DNA of 64,000 bases from Escherichia phage EC.P2: sequence record PQ631072.1. One strand, 5' to 3'. Below, in pieces: positions 1-10,459 of this stretch. The notes below the pieces were generated by a model, which saw only the letters and a list, made by a program, of their open reading frames with translations, made no database searches and was not told the origin of the DNA. Numbering within the stretch: position 1 is the stretch's first letter; each line of letters opens with the position of its first letter. The translations under genes and the position numbers were made by a program.

Positions 1-57
1 TTGCTTTGGTTTATATCGACGCTCTTCCATATCAAGCATGATAAAAGGAGTTTTTAA

Positions 58-1068
58 ATGGCAGAAGAAAGAAATTATACAAAAGCTCCTGCACCCAATC
101 TAAACAGAGCATACAAACTGTTAATAGGTACAGCTACTAATACTAAAGAAAAAAGGACAAAAAATTCCTCTTTCAAATCTACAGTAGACTTAGATACTAA
201 ACTAGGGGATGCTAAAAAATCAACCCCTAATTTGTATGTTATTACGGAGCACCAAATATCTTTCACAATAAGAAAAGATAATAATAAAGATCCTAATCAA
301 GCCGAGATAACTATTTATAACCTAAGTGATGATACTGTTAACTATATTAACAAGGGTATTCGTAACAACTTGGCTGTTGCTTTAGCGGTAGGTTATGAAG
401 GTCAAGAGTTAATTATGATCTTTAAGGGAACGGTGCAATGGGTGAGTGATACCTTTAACAATACAGACAGACGTACAGTGTTACATTGTCTGGATGGTGG
501 TATTAACATCTCCGAAGCAAGGACAAGCAGAAGTTATCCGAAAGGTACAAAAGTAAGTAAGGTTGTTAAAGATTTAGTTAAAGATTTAGGTACTACAGAA
601 GGTAATATTCACGTAGATACAGAGAAAACTTTATCATCTGCAACAGCTATGTGTGGGAACACATCACATTACTTAGAAAGTATCTGTAAAGGTATTGATC
701 ATAATGTGTCAATACAAGACGGATCTGTTTACGTGACACCAAGATCACAAATGTCTAGTGCAAGATGTGCATATATTAGCGCAGAAACAGGTTTAATTGG
801 TAGTCCAGAACCTTTCCACAATGATATTAAACCGACACAAAAAGTAACCAAATCTTCTAAGAAAGCTAAAAAGCCTACAGATGGTGTTAAGTTCAGATGT
901 GAAATGAACGGTGCTATCTTACCAGAAAAAACTGTTTGGCTCAAGAGCCATAACTACGATGGTGGTTTTAAGGTAGTATCTGTTGTTCATACAGGAGATA
1001 GGGAAGGTAAAGACTGGACAACTGAAGTAGAGTCTGTATCTGTATCTGCAATTATTAAGAAGGGCTAG
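58..1068 (+). CDS. virion structural protein, putative baseplate hub / tail-associated protein
   Basis: 336 aa ORF, ATG at 58 with AAAGGAG 8 nt upstream; first gene of a tightly packed rightward structural operon directly upstream of the spike gene. No specific motif recognised. Confidence 0.35.
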   Translation: MAEERNYTKAPAPNLNRAYKLLIGTATNTKEKRTKNSSFKSTVDLDTKLGDAKKSTPNLYVITEHQISFTIRKDNNKDPNQAEITIYNLSDDTVNYINKGIRNNLAVALAVGYEGQELIMIFKGTVQWVSDTFNNTDRRTVLHCLDGGINISEARTSRSYPKGTKVSKVVKDLVKDLGTTEGNIHVDTEKTLSSATAMCGNTSHYLESICKGIDHNVSIQDGSVYVTPRSQMSSARCAYISAETGLIGSPEPFHNDIKPTQKVTKSSKKAKKPTDGVKFRCEMNGAILPEKTVWLKSHNYDGGFKVVSVVHTGDREGKDWTTEVESVSVSAIIKKG

Positions 1069-1070
1069 AA

Positions 1071-1808
1071 ATGGATGCTTTAAATTTTGTAACAGCAATC
1101 CGTGGATTAATCAACGAGCAAGTTGCGGAAGTACATACATCTTTACCTGTAAGGGTAATTGGTGTAGATTATGGATCTAAGACAGTAACTTTAGAATCTA
1201 TCGTAAAAAATACCAGATCTACTGAAGATGAAATAGATTACCCAACATTCCACGATGTTCCTTTTATGGTAAATGGTGGTGGTACAGGTAGAATTTCATT
1301 TCCAATCAAAGCAGGAGATATTGGTGTTGTTGTCTTTTCAGAAAGAGATCCGTCGAATGCCTTCCAGACAGACGGAGATACAGCCAGTAGCGGAACATTA
1401 ATTCAACCTTGTGGTTTGTATCCAGCCTGTTTTATTCCTAAGATAGCAACAGCTACAGATTCTTCTGAAGAAGTAGATTCTGAAAAAGTTGTTATCTCAA
1501 ATAATAAGCAAACTTACGCTTCGTTTGATCCTAACGGTAACATATCTGTGTACAACACACAAGGTATGAAAATAGATATGACACCAAACAGTATCGTTCT
1601 TACTGATGCAGGAGGAGGAAAACTTACACTGCAAGGTGGGACTATGACATATAAAGGTGGTACTGTAAATTTAAACGGTTTAACAATCACACCTGACGGT
1701 CGTATGAAAGATAGTGGTGGCATTGGTTTACACACACATACACACCCTGTACGCGGTGTTGAAACTGGTGGTAGCACTGTTACTTCCGACAAACCAAATG
1801 GAGGTTAA
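1071..1808 (+). CDS. baseplate central spike protein (gp138 / gpV-like)
   Basis: 245 aa; N-terminal OB-like region (VRVIGVDYGSKTVTLE), Gly-rich beta-helix-like C-terminal half (GGGKLTLQGGTMTYKGGTVNLNGLTITPDG) ending in HTHTHP, resembling metal-binding apex of phage spikes. Confidence 0.55.
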   Translation: MDALNFVTAIRGLINEQVAEVHTSLPVRVIGVDYGSKTVTLESIVKNTRSTEDEIDYPTFHDVPFMVNGGGTGRISFPIKAGDIGVVVFSERDPSNAFQTDGDTASSGTLIQPCGLYPACFIPKIATATDSSEEVDSEKVVISNNKQTYASFDPNGNISVYNTQGMKIDMTPNSIVLTDAGGGKLTLQGGTMTYKGGTVNLNGLTITPDGRMKDSGGIGLHTHTHPVRGVETGGSTVTSDKPNGG

Positions 1809-1811
1809 CAG

Positions 1812-2447
1812 ATGGGAATACCATTTGATTTAAAACTTGATGGTTCTAACGATTTAGTAATGGTGGATGGTGATTTAACACTAACCACAACTAAAAGTGA
1901 AATTGCAGCACAGACGCTTGGAATAACACTTAGAACTTTCCGTGGAGAATGGTTCCTCAATTCTAATTTTGGGGTTCCATATCTGCAAGAGATTATTGGT
2001 GTTGCCAAGAAGAAAGAGATTGTTGATCGCATTTTCTTATCAACTATCGCAAGTAATGTTTATATAGATAATATCAATTCCTATACATCCTCTTATGATA
2101 GAGATGATAGGTATTACTCAATGAACGTTACTGTTACAGTTGGTGAACAAGTTGTTAGTGCACTGTTCAGTACGCAGCCGTCTGAAGAATATATCTATCC
2201 AGAAGCTGGTGATGATAATGCAGCAATCACTTGTGAAGCATTTGAAATTGTTGAATCTGCAAATAGACTCTATCGCTTTATTAACATTGTTGGTCTTCCG
2301 AAAGATACTTATTCTACTTGGTGGAATGAGTGGTCTAACGAGGCATTGCTTGAAAAATACCTTGTTAACGAAGCCAATAAAGGTCTTGCAACCAATTACA
2401 ACTATGCTATAACAGCAACAATGGGAGCTACAAATAATAATGGCTGA
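1812..2447 (+). CDS. putative baseplate wedge protein
   Basis: 211 aa; N-terminus (DLVMVDGDLTLTTTKSEIAAQTLGITLRTFRGEWFLNSNFGVPY) resembles small baseplate proteins; position immediately after spike. Confidence 0.4.
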   Translation: MGIPFDLKLDGSNDLVMVDGDLTLTTTKSEIAAQTLGITLRTFRGEWFLNSNFGVPYLQEIIGVAKKKEIVDRIFLSTIASNVYIDNINSYTSSYDRDDRYYSMNVTVTVGEQVVSALFSTQPSEEYIYPEAGDDNAAITCEAFEIVESANRLYRFINIVGLPKDTYSTWWNEWSNEALLEKYLVNEANKGLATNYNYAITATMGATNNNG

Positions 2448-2913
2448 TTTAACTACAATCAAGGTGTCTGATCTACCTGTAACAACATCTGTTTCAGACA
2501 CAGATTATTTTGTAACAGATCAATCAGGCATCACTAAGAAAACATCATTACGTGTTCTTCTTGCGGGTGCTGGTGTTACACGAAATCGTCTTTCTGCAAG
2601 GGGTACTGTCACAAATACCCTAGCTTTAGATATTAGCACGGCAGAGTATTTCTCTGCCACTTTATCTAGTCCAACTTGCAGTATTTCATTTAGTAATGTT
2701 CCAGTTACAACTAACATTGTTCAAAACTTTACCCTATCTCTACGTCAAGGTAGTGGAGCAAATAAAGTAACGTGGCCTCAATCTGTTAAATGGAGTTTTG
2801 GTCGCGCTCCTGTTTTGAGTTATAAACAGGGAGCTACAGATATTTTTGAATTTGTTAGTTATGATAATGGAGCTACCTGGATAGGTAGTTTAGTGATGGC
2901 AGGAGTGATTTAA
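2440..2913 (+). CDS. virion structural protein
   Basis: 157 aa ORF overlapping upstream stop by 8 nt and followed by 1-nt overlap with next gene (operon packing). Confidence 0.4.
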   Translation: MADLTTIKVSDLPVTTSVSDTDYFVTDQSGITKKTSLRVLLAGAGVTRNRLSARGTVTNTLALDISTAEYFSATLSSPTCSISFSNVPVTTNIVQNFTLSLRQGSGANKVTWPQSVKWSFGRAPVLSYKQGATDIFEFVSYDNGATWIGSLVMAGVI

Positions 2914-5789
2914 TGTCAAGAATTAAGCACAGAATTGACAATGTTTTCCAACTGATCGATGGACATATTCAGTTCTTAGATCGTAATACAGGTTTAACTG
3001 TAGATCCTACAGTGCAACACTATGTATTAAACCCACAAAACGTTCTAGCTAATAACAGACACTTTATAAACTGGACTGCTCAAGAAGGGCAACCAAACGG
3101 GGATGCTACAACAGAAGGTCAATCCGTGCTTATTCTTGGTTGCGCTTATGCATACCTGGCTTCCGGCGATACAAAGTATTTAGACTCTGCTAAAAAATAT
3201 TGGCAAGCCTATATAGATTACTTCTTTGGTGGTCAGCCTATTCCAGACCCGCCAGCAAAATATCGCCCTAACTGGATTATTAACGGTAAAGAACCACGTC
3301 TTGCACACTATCCTCTTACAGATGATGGCTACCCTACACACGGAGGTTTTAAGGGTAGCTTAATGACGTGGACTAACGGTAGAACAGTTATTCCTCATGG
3401 TGCTCCTCATTGGGGAGAATACCTTGACAAAGCATGGTTTGCTTTTAATGGTAATCTAGGATGGAACTCTGTAAACGCTACAGTATATGCTGTTAATGCA
3501 GATGGAACAACAGATTGGTCTAAGAATGGAGATCAATGGGACGTTGATTGGATCATTGATCGTCTAGGACGTAAAGTTGATTGGGATGGAAATATCTTAG
3601 AAGAAGGTTTTCCAACATCTCAATACGGAACAGTTCAACTAAAAAATACTTCTGTAAACGGTACATATAAATTTAACTACGCGACTTGTAACCCTGTTGA
3701 ACACGGTGGTTATTTAATGGAGCGTAACACTATGTGGCATAACAGACCAGTTAACGTTCCGGTAGAAATGGGCTTTCAGGATAATGCGTCAGATGCTGAA
3801 ACTTGGTGGTGTGATGCTAATTACCTGATGTACCAAATTACAGGAGAAAGAAAATATTGGCTATGCTGGCAGTCTTCACTGTTAGTGTGTCAAGATTACT
3901 CAAACATTGATATGTTTGATAAATTCTTCCGTAAGTCTACATATGCAACTATCCCGTTTACAGATGGCATCTCTTACGATTATTCGTATCCATCTACAGC
4001 AATACCTAAATATTCAAGAGATACTTTAGGTTATATTGTTATTAGACAAGATGTTGCTGCTCAAACAACATTAGAACAGCAAGCCATTTGGTTTAAAGTT
4101 GATCAGAACTCTAAGTTACGAGTTCAGTTTCAAGGTGTAGATGACGCAGGACATGGTATTCTTTTCCGTCCAGAGTTGGAACTAAGTAAGACCAAAGATG
4201 AAAATAACACAGTAACTTACCGCTGTGGCTTACCACTAGGTACAGCTAATATGACAAGCATGGATATTCCACTATCCAGCTTTATGAGAAGTACCCCTCC
4301 AAGTGGTGGAACATATATTATCGCAGATCCGCGAATTATTGTTGACTGGGGTGGCAATACTGTGGTACAATTTAAGTATGTAACAGGTATTGCTGGAACT
4401 AATAATGACCAGATTGTTACTGCATCAATGGATACGGATGGTGGCATTACTGTTGGTTTTTGGTTAACTCCTACATCAAAAGCTAATGTTAAGTCTATTA
4501 CATATAGAACATATGAAGATGACTTTAACATGACTATCACGGATGCTCAAGGTTGGAGATGGTGGGCTATGCTTCCTAAAACGCAAGGGGCATGGAGTAC
4601 GAAGACTTTATCAGCTTCTGATTTTAAGTTAAGTGCTTACCAGCCTAATCATCCAGAAACAGATCCTAAACCTTCAGCAATAAATCTTACTGCGGTAGAT
4701 CAGGTAAATTTAGTTCTCGATACGGCTCCTGTCAATGGTTTAACAGGAACAATAGATTTCTATTGTATTAACGATGTACCTGAAAGATATTCGTCATCTT
4801 CTGGTGATGATTATACCATGTACTTCCGTATCACTGTACAGGCTTCAAGTCCTCATACTGCTAAGTTAGGTGATTGTACTATTATTGACTATAAGTTAAA
4901 TAGTCTTAATTACACACCAGGAATAATTCCATTCTCTAATATCAGTGACCCAAACACTGCATTGTATGATGGCTGGCGTGGTATTCCATACCCAGGATAC
5001 CAATACCCTTCCTTATACTGTTTTGCAGGTAGAGATATTGATTGGACACGTTTAAACAACAGTATTGATTTCTTGTATGATGCTCAAATGTGGTTTTATA
5101 ACACGTTTGATCCTGTGATGCCTGGGCCTATGGCACAAGCATATGTGTGGGATCGTTGGGATGCAAGAAAATACGGTGAACCTAATACGTTTACAATGAA
5201 ACACTGGAATGAAAAAGCGTGGGATGGTTATGAAGCTCGTGCATTCTACTGTGCTTGTCATGCTGTATACGAACTTGTACAAAGAGGAGAAACACCTCCT
5301 GAAAAACTAGTAACTGTTTGTAAAAATTGGATCAACTACCTTAAATGGTTCCAAGACAATAATGATGGAAGAACACCAACTATCTTTAATCCAGATGGTA
5401 CAGTTCTTGCACCTATAGATGACTTTACTAGTCATATGTCTGCACTGTTTATGGCGGGTTGTTCAATCATGGGCTTGGCAGGTTATGATTCACAAATTCC
5501 AAACATTGGTATTGTAGCAGACAGATGTTTTGATCTGATTCAGCAAAACTATATTGTGCTTTCCCCTAACCATCCGATGAATGGTTGCTGGAGTGTTGCA
5601 CCGCGTCCAGATTCAGATAACGGAATGTTCTTTGGTTTCCATGCTGGAGAACTATTACGTGGTTTTGGTTTATATGCCTTGTATCGTAAACTAAACCCTC
5701 AAAACGCTTTACCAATTTTGGATAACAGTAACATACCAACACTAACTGTTCTAACTATGAATGATATTAGTGTTGATGTAACCAAATAA
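2913..5789 (+). CDS. large virion structural protein (baseplate / fibre-associated, possible carbohydrate-active domain)
   Basis: 958 aa ORF in structural module; Trp/Tyr-rich, no catalytic motif confidently identified. Confidence 0.4.
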   Translation: MSRIKHRIDNVFQLIDGHIQFLDRNTGLTVDPTVQHYVLNPQNVLANNRHFINWTAQEGQPNGDATTEGQSVLILGCAYAYLASGDTKYLDSAKKYWQAYIDYFFGGQPIPDPPAKYRPNWIINGKEPRLAHYPLTDDGYPTHGGFKGSLMTWTNGRTVIPHGAPHWGEYLDKAWFAFNGNLGWNSVNATVYAVNADGTTDWSKNGDQWDVDWIIDRLGRKVDWDGNILEEGFPTSQYGTVQLKNTSVNGTYKFNYATCNPVEHGGYLMERNTMWHNRPVNVPVEMGFQDNASDAETWWCDANYLMYQITGERKYWLCWQSSLLVCQDYSNIDMFDKFFRKSTYATIPFTDGISYDYSYPSTAIPKYSRDTLGYIVIRQDVAAQTTLEQQAIWFKVDQNSKLRVQFQGVDDAGHGILFRPELELSKTKDENNTVTYRCGLPLGTANMTSMDIPLSSFMRSTPPSGGTYIIADPRIIVDWGGNTVVQFKYVTGIAGTNNDQIVTASMDTDGGITVGFWLTPTSKANVKSITYRTYEDDFNMTITDAQGWRWWAMLPKTQGAWSTKTLSASDFKLSAYQPNHPETDPKPSAINLTAVDQVNLVLDTAPVNGLTGTIDFYCINDVPERYSSSSGDDYTMYFRITVQASSPHTAKLGDCTIIDYKLNSLNYTPGIIPFSNISDPNTALYDGWRGIPYPGYQYPSLYCFAGRDIDWTRLNNSIDFLYDAQMWFYNTFDPVMPGPMAQAYVWDRWDARKYGEPNTFTMKHWNEKAWDGYEARAFYCACHAVYELVQRGETPPEKLVTVCKNWINYLKWFQDNNDGRTPTIFNPDGTVLAPIDDFTSHMSALFMAGCSIMGLAGYDSQIPNIGIVADRCFDLIQQNYIVLSPNHPMNGCWSVAPRPDSDNGMFFGFHAGELLRGFGLYALYRKLNPQNALPILDNSNIPTLTVLTMNDISVDVTK

Positions 5790-5797
5790 GGAAAATA

Positions 5798-7957
5798 ATG
5801 AAACAGGCTATTTTTACTGTAACTCGAAATACGAGAGTAAATGCCAGTTCATTCAGCTATAAGACCGTCGATGGAACGGCGGTCGCTGGTAGAGATTATG
5901 TAGCTAAACAGGGAACAGTAACGTTCCCTTCTGATGCAGATTCTGCTACTGTAGTGGTTGATGTATATGAACGTCCGGCAAACTCTTTAGATCTTTATTT
6001 TACTCTTGAGATTACTAGCATAAGTCAAAATAACATGATGATCAATGAAGAAATTCGTTGTGTTATTACGACTGATCAATCGAATACAACCCCGCTAACT
6101 TGGCCTGTTGTGAAGTCTAGAATGTTTGATCCTAAGTTTTGGACAATAGATTCTCAAGCAACAGAAAGTTGTTCTATTATCTCTAATGGTGATTCTTTCA
6201 CAGCAAGAATGGTTAATAGGACAGTGGCTGGTCTTGCTGGGATTATTTGGTCAACTTACGATAAATATGATCACAAAGGATTAGGCTACCAAGAACATTC
6301 TGACTTAAGTAAAGAGAAACTTTGGTTTAAAATGGAACTTAGTCAAGGTGTTCCTGGATTAAAAGAAGAAAAATTAATACCATCCTTAACAGTGACACTG
6401 AAGGATGAAACAGTTCATTATGTATCTCTAAACTTTTATGCAGAAGAAGTTTCAGAAGATGGTAAGACAGCAACAATCAAATTAGATTTCTCAAACTTAA
6501 AATCGGGGCCAGAAAATGATATTGTTGTTGACACTACACAAATAGATAATATGTTCTTCTCCTTGATCTCAACGAGGTATCAAGAAATTGAAGATATTAT
6601 TCCTGTAGACAATGAGGATCTTTCCTTTAAGTTTACCATACTGGAGCCTGATACTGGTTACAGTATGATGAATATGGGTAATTTAAATGTTCCAGCACAC
6701 ACCATAAGAATGTGTACATCTTATGATGATATGTATAACCTGACCCCAGAGCGAGTTATTTCTAACACCTACAGATTAGGTTATAGGGATATGATTAACC
6801 ACTATAATGGTATGTCACACTATTATCAGTTTAGTTGGGATGCTGGTTCTAATAAATGGGCTTTGAATAGAACAGAATATTTAAACCCAGCAACAGAAGC
6901 ATGGTTTGATAATTTCCACGCTAATGCAAAAGCTATGGGCTACACAGTAATGAATTCCTTAAGTTTTGAACTTATGAGTACAGTGTGTCCTGTAGAATGG
7001 GTACAACATGCTTGGAATGATGATCTTGCTGCTACAGGTTATGAGCCACCAAGTTATGTTTTATCTCCTTCAATTGATGAAGGGATGAATTATTTACAAG
7101 GTGTAATAAATAAGATAGCTTCTATATCCGCTGCTAATGATCTTCCAGTTATTATTCAGGTTGGTGAACCGTGGTGGTGGTATAACACAGCTACCAATCT
7201 ACCGTGTATTTATGATTATACAACCAAAGTTGCATTTAATAATGAAACTGGATTGTATGCACAAGATGTTGGTACAGTTAAAAATTATAAAACTGGTACA
7301 CCATATGATGAATATTATGCCTTCCTATCTAAAACATTAGGACTGCGTGTTGCTAAATTTGCAACAGATACCAGATTAGCATATCCTGGAGCTAAAGTTA
7401 CATTGTTACCATTTGTGCCATCCATTTTGGGTAATGGTATGATGGAGTTTGTTAACTTCCCTAAAGATTATTATATCCCAGAAAACTTTGACTTTTATTG
7501 TTCAGAATGTTATGATTGGTTGTTGGAAGGTAAGATGGAAAGATCTTTTGACGCTATCACAATACCTAATGAGCAACTAGGTTTTAGTTATGATAAGATA
7601 CATTATCTTGCAGGGTTTGTTCCAGATGCAACTCTAGCACCATTATATGGCTTTGATCCTGAATCAAACTATAGAACATATTTGTGGAAAATGATTATAG
7701 GCAATATTGTATTGAATGACCAGAAGTTTGTTGGTTTATATCAATACATATGGGCTTACCCGCAAATAATGCATGATTCAATAACTGTTCTTAATTCAAA
7801 ATCCCAAGTGTTTTATATGGGTAATGTGCCTTTGAATTGCTACTTGCAAGATATCACTCTTAAACAGGTAAATGTTGAGATTGCCACTATAAGTGGAATT
7901 ACATTAGCCACTAAATCTGGAGAAGATTTAGTAACAACACAAAAATTTTATATATAG
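5798..7957 (+). CDS. virion structural protein with N-terminal Calx-beta-like domain
   Basis: 719 aa; N-terminal segment VAGRDYVAKQGTVTFPSDADSATVVVDV resembles Calx-beta motif. Confidence 0.4.
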   Translation: MKQAIFTVTRNTRVNASSFSYKTVDGTAVAGRDYVAKQGTVTFPSDADSATVVVDVYERPANSLDLYFTLEITSISQNNMMINEEIRCVITTDQSNTTPLTWPVVKSRMFDPKFWTIDSQATESCSIISNGDSFTARMVNRTVAGLAGIIWSTYDKYDHKGLGYQEHSDLSKEKLWFKMELSQGVPGLKEEKLIPSLTVTLKDETVHYVSLNFYAEEVSEDGKTATIKLDFSNLKSGPENDIVVDTTQIDNMFFSLISTRYQEIEDIIPVDNEDLSFKFTILEPDTGYSMMNMGNLNVPAHTIRMCTSYDDMYNLTPERVISNTYRLGYRDMINHYNGMSHYYQFSWDAGSNKWALNRTEYLNPATEAWFDNFHANAKAMGYTVMNSLSFELMSTVCPVEWVQHAWNDDLAATGYEPPSYVLSPSIDEGMNYLQGVINKIASISAANDLPVIIQVGEPWWWYNTATNLPCIYDYTTKVAFNNETGLYAQDVGTVKNYKTGTPYDEYYAFLSKTLGLRVAKFATDTRLAYPGAKVTLLPFVPSILGNGMMEFVNFPKDYYIPENFDFYCSECYDWLLEGKMERSFDAITIPNEQLGFSYDKIHYLAGFVPDATLAPLYGFDPESNYRTYLWKMIIGNIVLNDQKFVGLYQYIWAYPQIMHDSITVLNSKSQVFYMGNVPLNCYLQDITLKQVNVEIATISGITLATKSGEDLVTTQKFYI

Positions 7958-7965
7958 GAGTAAAA

Positions 7966-10131
7966 ATGTCAACTACAATTACTAATTTACCCGAAACATC
8001 AAAAGTTAATGGTTCAGATTACCTGGTTTTAGATCAACCTGATAAAACTGTTAAAAGCACAGTTTCCAACTTTCTTACTGACACTGGGGTGGTTTTAGCC
8101 ACCCAGTTGAAAGATACAGATGGAGCAGATTTAATACAATCCTCAAATGGTAATACTGTTCAGGAAGAGTTGAATAACAATCTTCTTAATGATCGTGAAC
8201 AGTGGCGTCGTAGTCTTGCTGAGGCAGGGTTAACCCTTGTCAACGGTAGCTTTGAAGAAGGGGCTACAGTAAACAATAAGACGGATGCTGTTTGGCATAT
8301 TGCTGGTGGGCAGTGCTATACGTGGGATGGCGAGTTCCCTAAAACTGTTCCTGCCGGATCAACCCCAGGAACATCTGGTGGTATTGGTACTGGAGCGTGG
8401 TTGAGTGTTGGTGATGCAACATTAAGAACAGAATTGTTATCTGTTAATGGTGCTGTAATTCAATCTTTTAACAGTGTTTCAGACATGAAATCTTACAATA
8501 TAACAGCAGGAAGAACATATCATACAAAAGGATATTGGGCAGAAGGTGATGGTGGTGGTGCTCTATATTATGTCACAACTCCGTCAGGAGACGAACCAAA
8601 TGGTTATAGCGATCACAAGTCTGAAAATGGTTTATACATTCGTTTGTTGTCAGAACCTACTGATTTGAATCATGGGGTTAAGATTAGCGATATTTATGAC
8701 CCTGAAACGGCAAGGTGGAATCGAAACGCGATCCAAACTATGTTGCGTGATACCCGCTGGAGCTATACCGAATGTAAAGCACAAGGCGTAATTTATCTTT
8801 TGGGTAGTGTAAATGTAGGTAGAGATAATATCACATTCAAAATCAACAAAGGGTGCTCGCTTAAAGGTAGGTATTCAGATCCTAGTATTTCAACCCCAGA
8901 TCAAGGTGGACACATGATAGGATTCGCTAAATTTTTCGACCCGGATAATGGTGATTTTATACCATGGAGAGATGGTGATACACGTATTAACCCTTATATA
9001 GAAAATGTACATGTTATTTTAGAAGGTGACGTATCTACTGAATTTAACGACAGCCATATAAACAAATATAACAATAACTGTATAGGGTTCCTGAAGGCTA
9101 AAAATTGCAGTATTCGTGGTACAGGTGGTTCATCATCCAGCGACCATCGAGCTTTTAACTTTGACGGCATAGACACTAATGCCCCCAATGGCTCTGAAAA
9201 CAGAGGTGGTAGCATTAATTGTCATATTGATGTTGGTTATTCTTACAATTGTGTAGACAACCCTTGCATGATTGCTGCTGACCAATTCACCGCAAGTAGT
9301 TGCAGCATTAAAATCGGCGATGTGCGTAAAATGGTAGCAGGTGGTTATAACAGTCCGATTGTTATAAATGTATCCGGCATCTCGCATTTCGATATTAATA
9401 TAGGTAGATTTTTGGTTGATGGTGGTGTCACACCAGCGTTAGTTGTAGCTCGTGGCGCTCGTTCAGTTAACGTAACAGGTGGTGTTATACAGGGCTGTAC
9501 AATGGGTGTGTATTCTGTAGATACCCTGGATATTTCTTTAAACATTAAGGAAATGTTTAATGTACCAATAGGTGTTGCTGTTGCAAATAACAGCACTATC
9601 GGCCCGAGAAGTATTATTATTCGTGGAATTAACGCAGTTAACTCCAGCTTTTCCGCTGCTTATGCGCATCAAGCATCTGCATTACCAGCAGCATATGTCG
9701 AAATAGCTGATAATAACTTCAGTGCCGCTTCTAGTTCATTTAAGTTTATTGGTGGTAAAACTTCAGGAAACACTCCTAAAAGACAAAACATTCATGACAA
9801 TGTTACATCTTCTACGGGAGATGGTGGTCAAGATCTCAACTATTTGCCAGGCACTCAGAAAAACATTATAGGAGGTAGTTCAACTACTAGTCTCAGTGTC
9901 AACTTTAAAGATGGCAACTGGAATTTCACAAAAGCGACCGTAGTTGCTGGGCAAGGTGGTGGGCGTGGTATTGCCACCATTGATCTACTTGCTAAAGGCG
10001 TTTCCAGCAACAGCATGGTTATAAGGGCTGGTGCTTATGATGTCACTGTAGCTATGCCTGCCAATGGAAATACGCTGACAGTTAGCGTAGTGTCGCCAAA
10101 CTTCATTGATTATGTGACGCTTCATAATTAG
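7966..10131 (+). CDS. tail fibre / tailspike protein
   Basis: 721 aa; N-terminus typical of phage fibre anchors (TNLPETSKVNGSDYLVLDQPDKTVKSTVSNF); Gly/Asn-rich beta-helix-like body. Confidence 0.5.
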   Translation: MSTTITNLPETSKVNGSDYLVLDQPDKTVKSTVSNFLTDTGVVLATQLKDTDGADLIQSSNGNTVQEELNNNLLNDREQWRRSLAEAGLTLVNGSFEEGATVNNKTDAVWHIAGGQCYTWDGEFPKTVPAGSTPGTSGGIGTGAWLSVGDATLRTELLSVNGAVIQSFNSVSDMKSYNITAGRTYHTKGYWAEGDGGGALYYVTTPSGDEPNGYSDHKSENGLYIRLLSEPTDLNHGVKISDIYDPETARWNRNAIQTMLRDTRWSYTECKAQGVIYLLGSVNVGRDNITFKINKGCSLKGRYSDPSISTPDQGGHMIGFAKFFDPDNGDFIPWRDGDTRINPYIENVHVILEGDVSTEFNDSHINKYNNNCIGFLKAKNCSIRGTGGSSSSDHRAFNFDGIDTNAPNGSENRGGSINCHIDVGYSYNCVDNPCMIAADQFTASSCSIKIGDVRKMVAGGYNSPIVINVSGISHFDINIGRFLVDGGVTPALVVARGARSVNVTGGVIQGCTMGVYSVDTLDISLNIKEMFNVPIGVAVANNSTIGPRSIIIRGINAVNSSFSAAYAHQASALPAAYVEIADNNFSAASSSFKFIGGKTSGNTPKRQNIHDNVTSSTGDGGQDLNYLPGTQKNIIGGSSTTSLSVNFKDGNWNFTKATVVAGQGGGRGIATIDLLAKGVSSNSMVIRAGAYDVTVAMPANGNTLTVSVVSPNFIDYVTLHN

Positions 10132-10136
10132 TAACA

Positions 10137-10156
10137 TCCCCGCTTTGGCGGGGTTC
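10137..10156 (+). terminator. GC hairpin downstream of fibre gene (putative terminator)
   Basis: CCCCGCTTTGGCGGGG palindrome directly after stop at 10131. Confidence 0.4.
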
Positions 10157-10213
10157 TATAGACCTCGGAGAATTAGCTGTATATCGTGATTTAAAAAGTA
10201 ATGAGAACGCACC

Positions 10214-10459
10214 ATGAGAAAATTTTTAATAGGTATGTTTTGTACATATCCTGATAATAAAGTCAGTTCTACTAAAGTTTGGAATGCTATTGGTATGATT
10301 GTTATGTCCAGTATGTTTATTTATTTGGGAATTGATAAAGAAATTCCTGAATGGATGGGCTGGGCTTTTGTTTTTATGATCACACCATCCAGACTAATGA
10401 AGAATTTAATAGATTTACGTTGGGGCAGATCACCTGCCCCTGATAAGGAGGATAACTAA
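10214..10459 (+). CDS. small membrane protein
   Basis: 81 aa, two hydrophobic helices; stop overlaps next ATG by 1 nt. Confidence 0.4.
   Translation: MRKFLIGMFCTYPDNKVSSTKVWNAIGMIVMSSMFIYLGIDKEIPEWMGWAFVFMITPSRLMKNLIDLRWGRSPAPDKEDN

Noticed and set aside
1-57. 3' end of an upstream gene in frame 1 (stop at 55-57)
   Set aside because: Only 18 codons visible; cannot be supported as a feature from this window.
75-266. ORF-track ORFs antisense to or nested within long genes of the structural block (e.g. 75..266, 729..944, 1514..1792, 1805..2032, 2118..2501, 2140..2412, 2520..2717, 4217..4540, 5052..5282, 7137..7340, 8994..9596, 11752..11976, 12745..12930, 14079..14312, 15498..15737, 16007..16469, 16694..16891, 17555..18756, 18948..19130, 19707..21434)
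   Set aside because: Each lies inside a longer, motif-supported ORF on the opposite strand or in another frame; no RBS or operon logic, and composition typical of antisense frames in AT-rich DNA.
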